Notes: generated by a model not told the origin, from the letters alone. A stretch of 64,000 nt of DNA from an uncultured Roseburia sp. (GCA_944380515.1 CALWHT010000031.1:17332-81331); one strand, 5' to 3'. Counted from the stretch's first letter, positions 10,608 to 21,018 are shown. Numbers and translations: made by a program.

Positions 10608-10627
10608 CACTTTAGCGTGCTAACTTG
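10608..10627. promoter_or_regulatory. Candidate HisR operator
   Basis: CACTTTAG-CGTG-CTAACTTG matches the recalled Firmicutes HisR palindrome (CACTTTA-N6-TAAAGTG) with 2 mismatches; sits between the promoter and hisZ. Confidence 0.65.
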
Positions 10628-10649
10628 TTACCATGTGAAACTACCGCCT

Positions 10650-10678
10650 ATTATATGGGAAAACAGAGGGAATGTCAA
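10650..10678 (-). promoter_or_regulatory. Sigma-A promoter of the his operon
   Basis: Perfect TTGACA-N17-TATAAT on the minus strand. Confidence 0.85.
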
Positions 10679-11208
10679 TCCCTCGCCAGCAAATCTTTCT
10701 GAAGCCCATCCAGATACGGCACAAGTACGCCGCGTCCCTTTTCCAGGAAAAAATCAGGCTCCAGCTCCTCATAGCGGAAGCTCTTTCTTCCGCCCTCCTT
10801 TGCCCTCACCCAGAATTCCATAAGCTTCTTTAAACGAAGATAATAAAATTCATCCCGCGCCGTAAAGCTGATGAGAAAAAAGGAGACGCCTCCCTGCTTC
10901 TCGAAGTCCTCCATGAACTTCACCTGATGTTCATGTATATTCTGAAGCGGAAAGGTATCGGTACGGCACTCCTTCGCGTCAAAGCAGACCGGAATGCCCT
11001 GCACAGCGCCGATATAATCCACGGTACTTTTCTGCTCAAAATATGCCAGCGTGATATGGCGCGACTCCTTATCAATATTAATCGGCGTAATCGGCGTCGG
11101 TACCTTCTGTATCAGCGCCAGCCCGTTTTCCAGATACTTCTCGTTGGTGCGGTTAATAAATTCCTCAAGGGTCGAACCGCGCAGCCCTCTTGAATTCCAG
11201 GTAGCCAT
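10675..11208 (-). CDS. recU: Holliday junction resolvase RecU
   Basis: SRGLRGSTLEEFIN, IQKVPTP, KSTVDYIG, FDAKE and HEHQ motifs. Confidence 0.93.
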   Translation of the reverse strand: MATWNSRGLRGSTLEEFINRTNEKYLENGLALIQKVPTPITPINIDKESRHITLAYFEQKSTVDYIGAVQGIPVCFDAKECRTDTFPLQNIHEHQVKFMEDFEKQGGVSFFLISFTARDEFYYLRLKKLMEFWVRAKEGGRKSFRYEELEPDFFLEKGRGVLVPYLDGLQKDLLARD

Positions 11209-11215
11209 AATTTCC

Positions 11216-12223
11216 TCATCTTCCTTTATCCAATGCGGCTTTCGAAAGAAACGCCTCCGCCCTGGCAAAATCCTCCCCGCAGGGCGCCGTCACCTCCGTG
11301 CCGTCCGAAAATACCATGCGGTACGCGTGCAGAAGCTGGGAGGTCACACCCGCTTTTTTCCGGAATAACGCGTTGACGTCCGCATCGCCGTACTTTACAT
11401 CCCCGACAATCGGGTGCCCCAAAACGGCGAGCTGCGCCCTGATTTGATGGGAACGCCCCGTAATCAGATGTACTTCCAGCTCGGTATAGCCGTTTAGCAC
11501 CTGCACCGGACGGTATTCTGTCCCAATCCGGCGTGCCTCGTCTTCTCCACTCTTTTCCCTCAGTACCGCAACCTGATTTGTCCGCCTGTCCTTTACCAGC
11601 CAGCCGTCGATACGGGCGCTCTCTAAAACCTCACCTTTAACGATACAGCGGTAATATTTTTGCACAGAACGTTCTTTTAAGGCCTTAGAAAGTTCCTGAA
11701 GTCCCTTTAAGGTCTTTCCCGCTGCCAAAAGCCCTGAGGTATTGCGGTCAAGCCGGTTGCAGACCGATGGCTTAAAGGTAGGGAGCTCCTCCGGCGTAAG
11801 CTTTCCTGCCGCCATAAGCCATGCGAGAATATATTCGTTTGCCGAAACATCGGAGGGCTTTGCCTTCTGGGAAAGCATGCCGGAGGGCTTATTGATGATG
11901 ATTACGTCAGCATCCTCATAAACAACCTGAAGTTCAAGTTCCCCTGACGTGAACCTCCCGGCAAGCTGCTTTAAGCTCTCATATTCGGTAGATGGCTGAC
12001 TGCCCGTGCTGAACTTTTCAAAGGTTTCATCGGAGAGAAACAGTGTCACCCGGTCCTTTTCCCGCAGCTTTTCCGTCCCGTCGGCCTTTTTCCCGTTTAA
12101 AACAATATTCTTTTTCCGCAGCATTTTATACACAAAGCTGCCCGGCGCCTGTCCGAGCAGCTTCTTTAAGTACTTATCGAAGCGCTGTCCGGCCTCGTTG
12201 GTGTTAATTTCAAATTCACGCAT
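11216..12223 (-). CDS. RluA/RluC/RluD family pseudouridine synthase
   Basis: S4-like N-terminus (GQRFDKYL), NKPSG, NRLDRNTSG catalytic Asp, TGRSHQIRAQ. Confidence 0.93.
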   Translation of the reverse strand: MREFEINTNEAGQRFDKYLKKLLGQAPGSFVYKMLRKKNIVLNGKKADGTEKLREKDRVTLFLSDETFEKFSTGSQPSTEYESLKQLAGRFTSGELELQVVYEDADVIIINKPSGMLSQKAKPSDVSANEYILAWLMAAGKLTPEELPTFKPSVCNRLDRNTSGLLAAGKTLKGLQELSKALKERSVQKYYRCIVKGEVLESARIDGWLVKDRRTNQVAVLREKSGEDEARRIGTEYRPVQVLNGYTELEVHLITGRSHQIRAQLAVLGHPIVGDVKYGDADVNALFRKKAGVTSQLLHAYRMVFSDGTEVTAPCGEDFARAEAFLSKAALDKGR

Positions 12224-12233
12224 ACGTTCGTCT

Positions 12234-14141
12234 CTATTTCTTTTTGTGGATATTCCGGATTGTTTTTTTCCGGTGTGTTTTTATACCCTTTGCCGTCCGA
12301 CGGCCGTTTTGGGACTGTCCGCCTGCATGCGCCGTCCGATGGCCGCCCTTCGGGCGAATCAGGCATTTTTTATCGTAGCCGATCAGGTCCGTCCGTCCCG
12401 CCTTTGTCAGCGCCTCCGCTACCAGGTCATAATTTTTCGGATTCCGGTACTGAATGAGCGCGCGCTGCATCGCCTTTTCATGCGGATTGACCGCCACGTA
12501 GACCGGCTCCATGGTACGCGGATCAAGCCCTGTATAGTACATGCAGGTGGAAATCGTGGAGGGCGTCGGATAAAAATCCTGCACCTGTTCGGGCATATAA
12601 CCCAAATCCCGCAGAAACTCCGCCAGCTCCACCGCCTCCTTTAACGTCGAACCGGGGTGCGAGGACATCAGGTAAGGCACAAGATACTGTTTCTTGCCAA
12701 GCTGTTCGTTCATATCCTGATACGCCCTGACAAATTTACGATATACCGAAACGCCGGGCTTTCCCATTTTCTCGAGCACTGCGTCAGAAATATGCTCGGG
12801 CGCCACCTTAAGCTGTCCGCTGACATGGTGCTCGCACAGCTCGCGCAGAAATGTCCGATCCTCATCGTAAATCAGATAATCAAAACGGATGCCCGAACGG
12901 ATAAATACCTTTTTGACGTTCGGCAGTTCCCGCAGTTTCCGCAGTAAGGCGAGATAATCCTGATGGTCAACCTTCAGGTTTTTGCAGGGCTTCGGAAACA
13001 GACACTGCTTCGTCGGACAGGCGCCCTTGGTGAGCTGCTTTTCGCAGGCGGGCGCGCGGAAATTTGCGGTCGGTCCCCCGACATCATGGATATAACCCTT
13101 AAAGTCCGGCTCCCATACCATTTTGTTCGCCTCCGCCAGAATCGACTCGTGGCTTCTGGTCTGAATGATGCGTCCCTGATGGAAGGTTAAAGCGCAAAAG
13201 CTGCAGCCGCCGTAGCAGCCTCGGTTGCTCACCAGTGAAAAACGAACCTCCTCGATGGCAGGAACCCCGCCCGCCGCCTCGTAGGACGGATGATAGGTCC
13301 TCATGTAGGGAAGGGAATAAACCTGGTCCATTTCACTCTGAGAAAGCGGTTTTGCCGGCGGATTCTGCACGACAAACAGCTTTCCGTCATAGGTCTCGAA
13401 CAGGCGTCTGCCCGCAAAGGGATCCGTATTGCAGTACTGGATATAAAAGCTCTTTGCGTACTCCCGCTTATCCGCTAAAAGCCGCTCATAATGCGGAAGC
13501 TCAATGGCGTCATAAATATCCTCCCGCTTCCTGGTCTTGTAGACCGTCCCGTCCACAAAGGTTATGTCACGGACGTCAAGCCCGCTGTCTAAAGCGTCGG
13601 CAATCTCGACAATGCTGCGCTCCCCCATTCCGTATGAAATAATATCCGCCCCGGAATCCAGCAAAATGGAACGCTTAAGCTTGTCCGACCAGTAGTCGTA
13701 GTGCGCCAGCCGGCGCAGGCTCGCTTCTATTCCGCCGATAATAATCGGCGTATGCTTATGTGTCCGGCGAATGAGATTACAGTAGACGATCGTCGCGTAA
13801 TCGGGACGTTTTCCCATGACGCCGCCCGGCGTAAAGGCGTCCGCGGCACGCCGCTTTTTGGAGACGGAATAATGGTTTACCATGGAATCCATATTTCCGG
13901 CGGAGACCAAAAAGCCAAGCCGCGGCTCACCAAGGCGGTTGACAGAATCCGGATCCCGCCAGTCGGGCTGCGCAATAATCCCCACTTTATAGCCGTGCGC
14001 CTCCAAAAGCCTTGAAATAATTGCATGGCCGAACGACGGGTGGTCCACATAGGCATCCCCGCACACGTAAACAAAGTCGAGCTGCTCAATGCCGGCCTCC
14101 CTCATATCTTCTCTGCTGATTGGTAAAAAACCGTTTTTCAT
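12234..14141 (-). CDS. YgiQ (UPF0313) family radical SAM protein
   Basis: [38 protein letters not shown] and QVQDFYPTP motifs. Confidence 0.93.
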   Translation of the reverse strand: MKNGFLPISREDMREAGIEQLDFVYVCGDAYVDHPSFGHAIISRLLEAHGYKVGIIAQPDWRDPDSVNRLGEPRLGFLVSAGNMDSMVNHYSVSKKRRAADAFTPGGVMGKRPDYATIVYCNLIRRTHKHTPIIIGGIEASLRRLAHYDYWSDKLKRSILLDSGADIISYGMGERSIVEIADALDSGLDVRDITFVDGTVYKTRKREDIYDAIELPHYERLLADKREYAKSFYIQYCNTDPFAGRRLFETYDGKLFVVQNPPAKPLSQSEMDQVYSLPYMRTYHPSYEAAGGVPAIEEVRFSLVSNRGCYGGCSFCALTFHQGRIIQTRSHESILAEANKMVWEPDFKGYIHDVGGPTANFRAPACEKQLTKGACPTKQCLFPKPCKNLKVDHQDYLALLRKLRELPNVKKVFIRSGIRFDYLIYDEDRTFLRELCEHHVSGQLKVAPEHISDAVLEKMGKPGVSVYRKFVRAYQDMNEQLGKKQYLVPYLMSSHPGSTLKEAVELAEFLRDLGYMPEQVQDFYPTPSTISTCMYYTGLDPRTMEPVYVAVNPHEKAMQRALIQYRNPKNYDLVAEALTKAGRTDLIGYDKKCLIRPKGGHRTAHAGGQSQNGRRTAKGIKTHRKKTIRNIHKKK

Positions 14142-14162
14142 TCCGTACTCTCCAAATTCTTT

Positions 14163-14888
14163 CTATTTCGCCGAAAGCGTCTCCGGCTTAAGCAATGCAA
14201 GTTCCTCGTCCGTCAGCGGGCGGTATTCACCGGGTGCCAAATCCTCCGGCAGACGTAAGGGTCCCATCGACAAACGTTTTAAGTAAAGCACACGCATTCC
14301 GACCGCCTCAAACATCCGTTTCACCTGATGGAAGCGTCCCTCCGTGATTGTCAACCGTACTTCGGAAATGTCACCCTCACGCAGGACCTCCAAAATTCCC
14401 GGTTTTGTGAGCTTTTTCTCCCCTATGTCAACCCCTTTTTCAAAAAGGTTGACAATATCCTCTGTGACCCTTCCGTCGACTTTTGCATAGTATGTTTTTT
14501 CCACATGCTTTGCGGGTGCAAGCAGTTCGTGTGCAAGCGCCCCGTCATTGGTGATGAGCAAAAGCCCTTCCGTATCAAGATCCAGCCTTCCGACCGGAAA
14601 GAGATCCCTGCGCGCCGCAGAATGAATATAGTCCATAACTGTCCGATGTCTTGCGTCCTCCGTAGCGGTAACGCACCCCGCCGGTTTATGGAACAGATAA
14701 TATTCATAGCGTACATAGCAAAGCTTTTTGCCGCGGAGACATACTTCGTCCGTTTCCCGCACCTTTTCCTCCGGCCTCTTCACTGGGACGCCGCCGACGG
14801 TCACGAGGCCGGCCCTTATGTATTTTTTCACTTCGCTCCGGCTTCCCGCGCCAAGCTCCGTTAAATATTTATCCAATCTCATTTCCAC
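14163..14888 (-). CDS. RsuA family pseudouridine synthase
   Basis: MRLDKYL S4 domain, FPVGRLDLDTEGLL, EGRFHQVKRM. Confidence 0.92.
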   Translation of the reverse strand: MEMRLDKYLTELGAGSRSEVKKYIRAGLVTVGGVPVKRPEEKVRETDEVCLRGKKLCYVRYEYYLFHKPAGCVTATEDARHRTVMDYIHSAARRDLFPVGRLDLDTEGLLLITNDGALAHELLAPAKHVEKTYYAKVDGRVTEDIVNLFEKGVDIGEKKLTKPGILEVLREGDISEVRLTITEGRFHQVKRMFEAVGMRVLYLKRLSMGPLRLPEDLAPGEYRPLTDEELALLKPETLSAK

Positions 14889-15733
14889 TGTGGCGTTCCC
14901 TCATTTTCCTTTATGTATAAAAGCATAGGATAGGAATTGACGGAAAATTCCGTGCCGTTTTCATCATTTAAATAAATGCCGAGATGAAGATGGACGACAA
15001 AATTCCCCGTGGTTCCAACCTCCTCGCTGTAGCCGGTATCTCCCATAAACCCCAGAAAGGTTCCGGCCTCCACTTCCTCACCGATTGCAAATTCCTTTGC
15101 GTACTCCGCCAGATGCGCGTAATAAAAATAGGCGCCGGAGGGGCTGCGGATACCGATACGCCAGCCGCCCAGCTTCAGCCAGCCGATATTTTCCACAACA
15201 CCGTCGGTCATACTGTAAACCGGATAGATGCCGCGCTGGTTTACGGAGGGCATAATATCGGTTCCCTCATGCCCCCGCTCTCCTCCGAAGGTACGGCTCT
15301 GCATCCAGCTGTTTTCAAAAGAAACCGACGCCTCCGCTTTCCCGGCAATGTCCCCCACCGGAAAACGCTCCAAGTCCTTCCAGACAGCTTCCACATACCC
15401 CCGGATTGCTTCAAATTCTTCGAAACGGTATTTTTTCACATAGGAAATATCATCCGCAAGCGCTTCCGGGTCCGTCTGACGGCAGCCGGAGGCAAAATAC
15501 ATGGTCAAAAGCTCGCTGTACTTTTCTAAATCGCAGTCCGCCGCCTGCAGAAAGCTCTCCATTTGCTCTTTGGTCAGGCTGTGACTGCGAAAATTTTCAA
15601 AGGCAGTCTCATAAGAAAAACAATTTATCTGATGTACTCTCTCGCCAATGGCGTCCAGCAGCAATACATGAAGCGCTGCCAGCGTAAAAAACAGAAGCAA
15701 TGCCGCAAATCTGCTTTTTCTTCGTTCCATCAA
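14879..15733 (-). CDS. M23 family metallopeptidase, LytH/YunA-like
   Basis: N-terminal TM anchor; RTFGGERGHEGTDI (HxxxD), YYAHL and HLHLG zinc motifs. Confidence 0.85.
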   Translation of the reverse strand: MMERRKSRFAALLLFFTLAALHVLLLDAIGERVHQINCFSYETAFENFRSHSLTKEQMESFLQAADCDLEKYSELLTMYFASGCRQTDPEALADDISYVKKYRFEEFEAIRGYVEAVWKDLERFPVGDIAGKAEASVSFENSWMQSRTFGGERGHEGTDIMPSVNQRGIYPVYSMTDGVVENIGWLKLGGWRIGIRSPSGAYFYYAHLAEYAKEFAIGEEVEAGTFLGFMGDTGYSEEVGTTGNFVVHLHLGIYLNDENGTEFSVNSYPMLLYIKENEGTPQWK

Positions 15734-15753
15734 ACTTCGCTGCCCCTTTATAT

Positions 15754-17220
15754 TTATTTACATCTCTTTAAAAATTCCACCAGAAGCCTCCATACCCGCT
15801 CGGTAGAGGAAATACTTAACCGCTCCCTGGGCGTATGGATATCATAATTATCCGGACCGAAGGACACGCAGTCCAAATCCTTTATTTTCCCGGAAAGGAT
15901 CCCGCATTCAAGCCCCGCATGGATTGCCTCAAACACCGGCTTCTCACCGAACAATTCCTCATAGGCCGCGCTGATATCCGTACGCAGCGCTGAATCGGCG
16001 CAATACTCCCAGGCGGGATAATCCCCGCTGACGGAAATCTCACCGCCGAGGAACTCCGCAAGATACTCCAGCTTATTCCGCAAATCCTCCTTGCGGCTGG
16101 AAACGCTGCTGCGCACGGAGGAGGTCAGCCTTAAGCATTCCCCGTCAAGCTCCATAATTCCGAGATTCAGCGAGGTTTCCACAAGACCCGGCATCACCAT
16201 GCTTTTGTTCTGGACACCGTTTGGGACATTTCTCAGATAAAAGATCACCTTCGTCATGGAAGAATACGACAGGACGGAACATTTTTCCTCCGCCTTTTCC
16301 TCCGCCACTATGCGGATTTCGCCATCCGAAACGGCATACTCCTTTTGAAGCAGTCCTTCCAGATCCCGCAGATACGTATAAAATTCCGCCTTTTCCTCCT
16401 CTGGGATAAGAAGCCCGGCCGTGCACTCCCTCGGAATCGCGTTATCCTTAAGCCCGCCTTTCAGGGAACGGATGCCAAGCTCCATGCGGTCCGTCAGATA
16501 TTTTAACAGCCTGCCCATAACAATGTTGGCGTTGGCATGTTCCTTATCAATCTCACTTCCGGAATGTCCCCCGGCAAGTCCGGTGATGGTCACCTCCACT
16601 GCAGTTCCGGTCTGATTGATATAGGTCACCGGAATCGTAGTGCCGACCGTCATGCCTCCGGCACAGCTCGTCAGGAAATGTCCCTCCACATCGGAATCAA
16701 TATTCAGCATCTTATGTCCTTTTAACATGGATAAATCTATTTCCTGGGCCCCGAGCATCCCGATTTCCTCATCCACGGTAATAACGACCTCAAGCCTCGG
16801 ATGCACAATCTCCGGGGAGTCTAATATTGCGAGCGCATAGGCCACCGCGATTCCGTCATCTCCGCCTAACGTGGTTCCCTCCGCTTTCAGAAAATCCCCG
16901 TCGACATAAAGCGTCAGGCCATCCTTTTCAAAATCAATGTCCACGCCGCTCTCCTTCTCGCATACCATATCCATATGCCCCTGAAGGATGACAGGCTCCG
17001 CATCCTCATAGCCCGCCGACGCCTCCTGAATGATCACGACATTATTCCATTCGTCCTGGTAATATGTCAGCCCGTGTTCCTTTGCAAAGGTGACGAGATA
17101 ATCGCTGATTTGCTTTGTATTTCCCGAACCGTGCGGAATTGCCGCAAGCTGTTCAAAATAGTAAAAAACCTTCTTAGGCTCCAGATTCAGGTCAAAATTT
17201 AATTTTCCAGTGTTCTTCAT
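15754..17220 (-). CDS. pepD: Aminoacyl-histidine dipeptidase (M20)
   Basis: LQGHMDMVCEK, TTLGGDDGIAVA, DEEIGM, GGHSG, IHAGLECG and IHTPRE motifs. Confidence 0.93.
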   Translation of the reverse strand: MKNTGKLNFDLNLEPKKVFYYFEQLAAIPHGSGNTKQISDYLVTFAKEHGLTYYQDEWNNVVIIQEASAGYEDAEPVILQGHMDMVCEKESGVDIDFEKDGLTLYVDGDFLKAEGTTLGGDDGIAVAYALAILDSPEIVHPRLEVVITVDEEIGMLGAQEIDLSMLKGHKMLNIDSDVEGHFLTSCAGGMTVGTTIPVTYINQTGTAVEVTITGLAGGHSGSEIDKEHANANIVMGRLLKYLTDRMELGIRSLKGGLKDNAIPRECTAGLLIPEEEKAEFYTYLRDLEGLLQKEYAVSDGEIRIVAEEKAEEKCSVLSYSSMTKVIFYLRNVPNGVQNKSMVMPGLVETSLNLGIMELDGECLRLTSSVRSSVSSRKEDLRNKLEYLAEFLGGEISVSGDYPAWEYCADSALRTDISAAYEELFGEKPVFEAIHAGLECGILSGKIKDLDCVSFGPDNYDIHTPRERLSISSTERVWRLLVEFLKRCK

Positions 17221-17245
17221 AGCTGCCTCCTGTTTCTCATATAGT
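17217..17245 (+). promoter_or_regulatory. Candidate sigma-E (mother cell) promoter for the ylbJ-like gene
   Basis: TCATAGC-N14-CATATAGT fits the SigE consensus; ylbJ is SigE-dependent in B. subtilis. Confidence 0.65.
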
Positions 17246-17250
17246 TTAGT

Positions 17251-18174
17251 ATGAAAAAGAAATTAATATTCTTAGGTATTCTTATTTTTACCGGCTATGT
17301 GCTGATGTTCCCGCAATATGCCGTTGCCTCTGCGGCGGACGGACTCGTTTTGTGGTATGAGCAGGTGCTTCCGTCCCTGCTCCCCTTTGCAATTGTATCC
17401 AATATCCTCATTTACTCCAATTATCTGGGCTATATTACCAGATACCTCTACCCGGTAACGCGGCATCTTCTGCCCACCAGTGAAAACGGCGCTTTTGTCC
17501 TTATTTCCGGTTTCCTGTTCGGTTTCCCGATGGGGAGCAGAAACTGTGCCCAGCTGCTGAAATGCGGAAAAATCACACACGATGAGGCAGAGGTTTTGTT
17601 TATCATCACCAACAATATCAGCCCCGTATTCATCAGCAGCTACATACTCTGCGGACAGCTTAAAATGCCGTCACTGATTTTGCCGAGCTACCTTGTGCTG
17701 TTTCTTCCTCCGCTTGCTGCGGGACGAATCCTTTTAAAGGCGCGGGCGAAAACGGCAGCCGCCGCATACAATAAGCCGGCGTCCCAATCTCAAATAAATT
17801 TTAAAATCATAGACGCCGGCATCATGAATGGTTTTGAAACATTAACCAGACTCGGTGGTTACATTATGCTGTTTTCCATGATTGCTTCCATGCTGCAGCT
17901 TCTGCCGCTGCCGGAATCCATAACAATCCAGGCGGTGGGAATCACGGAAATCACAAACGGGATTCACCGTCTCTCCGCCGCCAACCTGCCGGCCTTACCC
18001 CGCTACGTACTCGCAATGGCGTTTACCGCCTTCGGAGGACTGTCAGGAATCGCGCAGACCAGCTCCATGATAAAAGGCACAGGACTTTCCATGAAACGCT
18101 ACTGCGGCTTAAAGCTTCTGCTTACCGCCGCCTCTGCCGCGCTCGCTTACCCTGTGTACTTACTGTTCTGTTAG
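17251..18174 (+). CDS. Sporulation integral membrane protein YlbJ-like (nucleoside recognition/Gate domain)
   Basis: GLVLWYEQVLPSLLPF, GFLFGFPMG, EITNG and FGGLSGIAQ motifs; usual position convergent with the coaD operon. Confidence 0.85.
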   Translation: MKKKLIFLGILIFTGYVLMFPQYAVASAADGLVLWYEQVLPSLLPFAIVSNILIYSNYLGYITRYLYPVTRHLLPTSENGAFVLISGFLFGFPMGSRNCAQLLKCGKITHDEAEVLFIITNNISPVFISSYILCGQLKMPSLILPSYLVLFLPPLAAGRILLKARAKTAAAAYNKPASQSQINFKIIDAGIMNGFETLTRLGGYIMLFSMIASMLQLLPLPESITIQAVGITEITNGIHRLSAANLPALPRYVLAMAFTAFGGLSGIAQTSSMIKGTGLSMKRYCGLKLLLTAASAALAYPVYLLFC

Positions 18175-18779
18175 CTCAGCATATCGGAGGAAATATCCGT
18201 GCCCGCCGGCTCACCTGTTTCCTCCGTCTCGGGAAGCTCCGCCGTGGGATTTAATTCCGCACGGTTCGTCGTAACGACATCCAAAAATCCCTGCAGGGTA
18301 TTCATGTACGCTTCGTTGCGCGCTTTTGCTGAATCCATGGCATGAGAAATCGTACTCTCAAGATTTTTGAGAATATCGTCCGTATACTGCATGGCACCCA
18401 TACGGATATTGTTTGCATCGTTGGTCGCATTATCCAAAATCTCCTGCGCCTGCTTGGTGGCAATCATAACAACCTCGTTTGCCTGCGCATATGCCTGCTG
18501 CATAATCTGATGCTCGCTGACCAATTCGTCGGTTTTTACCTGCGCCTTGGCGATAATCGCATCTGCCTTCGCCTGTGCATCCGCCAAAATTGCCTCCTTG
18601 TTGCTGATAATCTTCTGATAGCGCTTGATTTCCTCCGGGGTCTTGGTGCGGAGCTCATTTAAAAGTTCTTCCATCGTTTCGCGGTTTACGATAATCTTCG
18701 AGGAAGAAAACGCCTGTGTCTTACAGCTGTCAATATAGTCTTCGATTTCTTCAATGATTTGTTCAATTCTGCTGGCCAT
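18171..18779 (-). CDS. Conserved coiled-coil protein downstream of coaD (SepIVA/DivIVA-like)
   Basis: Heptad-rich A-x-x-x-A-x-x-I pattern; SD AGGAG 8 nt before the ATG. Confidence 0.75.
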   Translation of the reverse strand: MASRIEQIIEEIEDYIDSCKTQAFSSSKIIVNRETMEELLNELRTKTPEEIKRYQKIISNKEAILADAQAKADAIIAKAQVKTDELVSEHQIMQQAYAQANEVVMIATKQAQEILDNATNDANNIRMGAMQYTDDILKNLESTISHAMDSAKARNEAYMNTLQGFLDVVTTNRAELNPTAELPETEETGEPAGTDISSDMLS

Positions 18780-18791
18780 TGCAACCACTCC

Positions 18792-19277
18792 TTATTTCTT
18801 GATATTATATTTTGCGTAAATCCGCTCAATAAACCGCTGCGGAACGAACTTGGATAAATCTCCTCCATAAGAGGCAAATTCCTTTACGATAGTAGAGCTT
18901 AAATAGGAATATTGCAGGCTTGTCGTCAGAAAAATTGTCTCCACGTCCGGATTCTCCACATGGTTCGTCTGGGCAATCTGAAGCTCATACTCAAAATCCG
19001 TGACAGCGCGAAGCCCCCGGATAATAATGGTTGCGTCAATCTCCTTCATATAATCGACCAGAAGCCCGTCAAAGGAAGCCACCGTCACATTGGGGATGGA
19101 ATCTGTCATCTCTTTTATCATACTAACACGTTCATCCAGAGAAAACAACGAATTTTTTGCACTGTTGTTCAATACTCCCACCACAAGTTCGTCTACGATT
19201 TTAGCTGAACGCTCAATAATATCCATATGACCGAGCGTGAGTGGATCAAAGCTTCCGGGGTAAATTGCTTTTTTCAT
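18792..19277 (-). CDS. coaD: Pantetheine-phosphate adenylyltransferase
   Basis: [27 protein letters not shown] and LSSTIVKE motifs. Confidence 0.97.
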   Translation of the reverse strand: MKKAIYPGSFDPLTLGHMDIIERSAKIVDELVVGVLNNSAKNSLFSLDERVSMIKEMTDSIPNVTVASFDGLLVDYMKEIDATIIIRGLRAVTDFEYELQIAQTNHVENPDVETIFLTTSLQYSYLSSTIVKEFASYGGDLSKFVPQRFIERIYAKYNIKK

Positions 19278-19337
19278 AGGTTCCTCCCATGTAAGCTGCA
19301 GCCCGCCGTCTTTTCCGCCGCGCCGCGCTGTAACAAA

Positions 19338-19892
19338 TCATTTGTTTTTCGTAATAAATGCATGCATATTCGTTTTATAGGTTTTGAGGCGTCCAAGCGA
19401 AAAGCCCAGCTCCTCCAGATAGTCAAAGGTGGTATCAAGCGCCGCCTCGACGATGATGATGCCGCCCTCCTTTAACAGGGACCGCCCGGAAAGCTCCCGG
19501 AGGACCTGCTCCTCAAGTCCCTGTCCGTACGGCGGATCCATAAAAATAACATCAAACCGGTATCTGCCCTCCATGCTGCGGATGGCGGAAAGCACGTCCG
19601 CCTGATAAAGCTTCGTCCTGTCCGTAAATTTCGTAAACCGGATATTTTCCTCAATACAGGCTGCGGCTTTTTTGTCATGCTCCACAAAGACGGCGTACGC
19701 CGCGCCCCGGCTGACCGCCTCCAGCCCAATCTGCCCGCTTCCCGCAAACAAATCCAGAAAATAGCTGCCCGGAACCTCATCCTGTATAATGTTAAACAGC
19801 GTCTCCTTAATCCGGTCAGTCGTCGGTCTCGTGTCCATGCCAGCAACCGTCTTCAGGGGAAGGCTCCTGGCCGTTCCGGCAATAATTCTCAT
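19338..19892 (-). CDS. rsmD: 16S rRNA m2G966 methyltransferase
   Basis: MRIIAG, TRPTTDRIKETLFN, LDLFAGSG and DPPY motifs. Confidence 0.95.
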   Translation of the reverse strand: MRIIAGTARSLPLKTVAGMDTRPTTDRIKETLFNIIQDEVPGSYFLDLFAGSGQIGLEAVSRGAAYAVFVEHDKKAAACIEENIRFTKFTDRTKLYQADVLSAIRSMEGRYRFDVIFMDPPYGQGLEEQVLRELSGRSLLKEGGIIIVEAALDTTFDYLEELGFSLGRLKTYKTNMHAFITKNK

Positions 19893-19918
19893 ATGAATCC
19901 TCCATTCCGGGGCGGAAA

Positions 19919-20464
19919 TTATTTTCCGTCTCCCTCATACTGCGCCACAATACGCTCCCCGAGCAAAGACAGCGCACGCTCCGCCGCCGCTCTCCTTACT
20001 TCCATCCGTCCTCCGGGGAACACATGACGTTCCGTCACCGTCTTTCCGTTTAAACGGCAGCCGATAAACACAAGTCCCACGGGACACTCCTTTGTCCCGC
20101 CGTCCGGTCCGGCCACTCCTGTTACGGAAAGCGCCGCCGCCGTCCGGGCTGTCTCTGCCGCGCCGTCCGCCATGGCCGCGGCTGTCTGCGCGCTGACCAC
20201 ACCGTAGGTATCAATGGTCTCTTTGCTGACATGAATCATCTTTACCTTTGCCGCGTCCGAATACGTGACATAGCCCTCCTGGAAAAACTCGGACATTCCC
20301 GGCACATTGATAAGCGTCGACGCTATCATGCCGCCGGTCGCCGATTCGGCCGTTGTCACCGTAATTTGATATTTTTTTAACAATCTGTAAATGGAATATT
20401 CCAGCGGTTCCCGCCCCTCTCGGGAAACACGGAAATCACTGGAACCCTCAATTTTCTCTGTCAA
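19919..20464 (-). CDS. CinA C-terminal domain / NMN deamidase (PncC-like)
   Basis: TAESATGG, GYVTYS, GVVS, TGVAGPDGG and PVGLV motifs; no N-terminal CinA domains. Confidence 0.88.
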   Translation of the reverse strand: MTEKIEGSSDFRVSREGREPLEYSIYRLLKKYQITVTTAESATGGMIASTLINVPGMSEFFQEGYVTYSDAAKVKMIHVSKETIDTYGVVSAQTAAAMADGAAETARTAAALSVTGVAGPDGGTKECPVGLVFIGCRLNGKTVTERHVFPGGRMEVRRAAAERALSLLGERIVAQYEGDGK

Positions 20465-20475
20465 TATAAGCTCTC

Positions 20476-21018
20476 CTATTTCTGCTCCTTTAACACGTCT
20501 TTGTTTTTCACGATATAATCCACGAGAGACACTACCGTAAGAATCAGGGCGATATAGGTAAGCAGTACACCGAGAATATCAAAAAAGCTTCCCGGAAGAT
20601 TCAGGATCAATACGATTACCATGAGCATCTGGAACACTGTCTTAAATTTTCCCCAATAGCTTGCGGCAATGACTACGCCGTTATCCGCCGCCACCAGCCG
20701 AAAGCCGCTGATAATAAATTCCCGCGCGATAATGACAATGACAATCCATGCCGCGAGCTGCCCTGTCTCAATGAGGCAAATCATCGCGGAACACACCAAT
20801 AGTTTATCCGCTAACGGGTCCATAAATTTCCCGAAATTTGTCACCAGATGATACTTTCTTGCAATTTTTCCGTCCAGCATATCCGTAAGACTTGCCACAA
20901 TGAAGATCGCGGCCGCAATATAATTGCCGTAGCCTTCAAAAAACGGCGCAAGCATGAAAAATACAAAAAACGGAATCAAAATGACTCGCATAACCGTTAA
21001 TTTATTTGGTAAATTCAT
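20476..21018 (-). CDS. pgsA: CDP-diacylglycerol--glycerol-3-phosphate 3-phosphatidyltransferase
   Basis: MNLPNKLT, TDMLDGKIARK..LVTNFGKFMDPLADK. Confidence 0.96.
   Translation of the reverse strand: MNLPNKLTVMRVILIPFFVFFMLAPFFEGYGNYIAAAIFIVASLTDMLDGKIARKYHLVTNFGKFMDPLADKLLVCSAMICLIETGQLAAWIVIVIIAREFIISGFRLVAADNGVVIAASYWGKFKTVFQMLMVIVLILNLPGSFFDILGVLLTYIALILTVVSLVDYIVKNKDVLKEQK

Noticed and set aside
12287-12345. Twice-repeated GCCGTCCGAYGGCCG near the 3' end of ygiQ
   Set aside because: Only two short copies in a variable C-terminal tail; no array or spacer structure.
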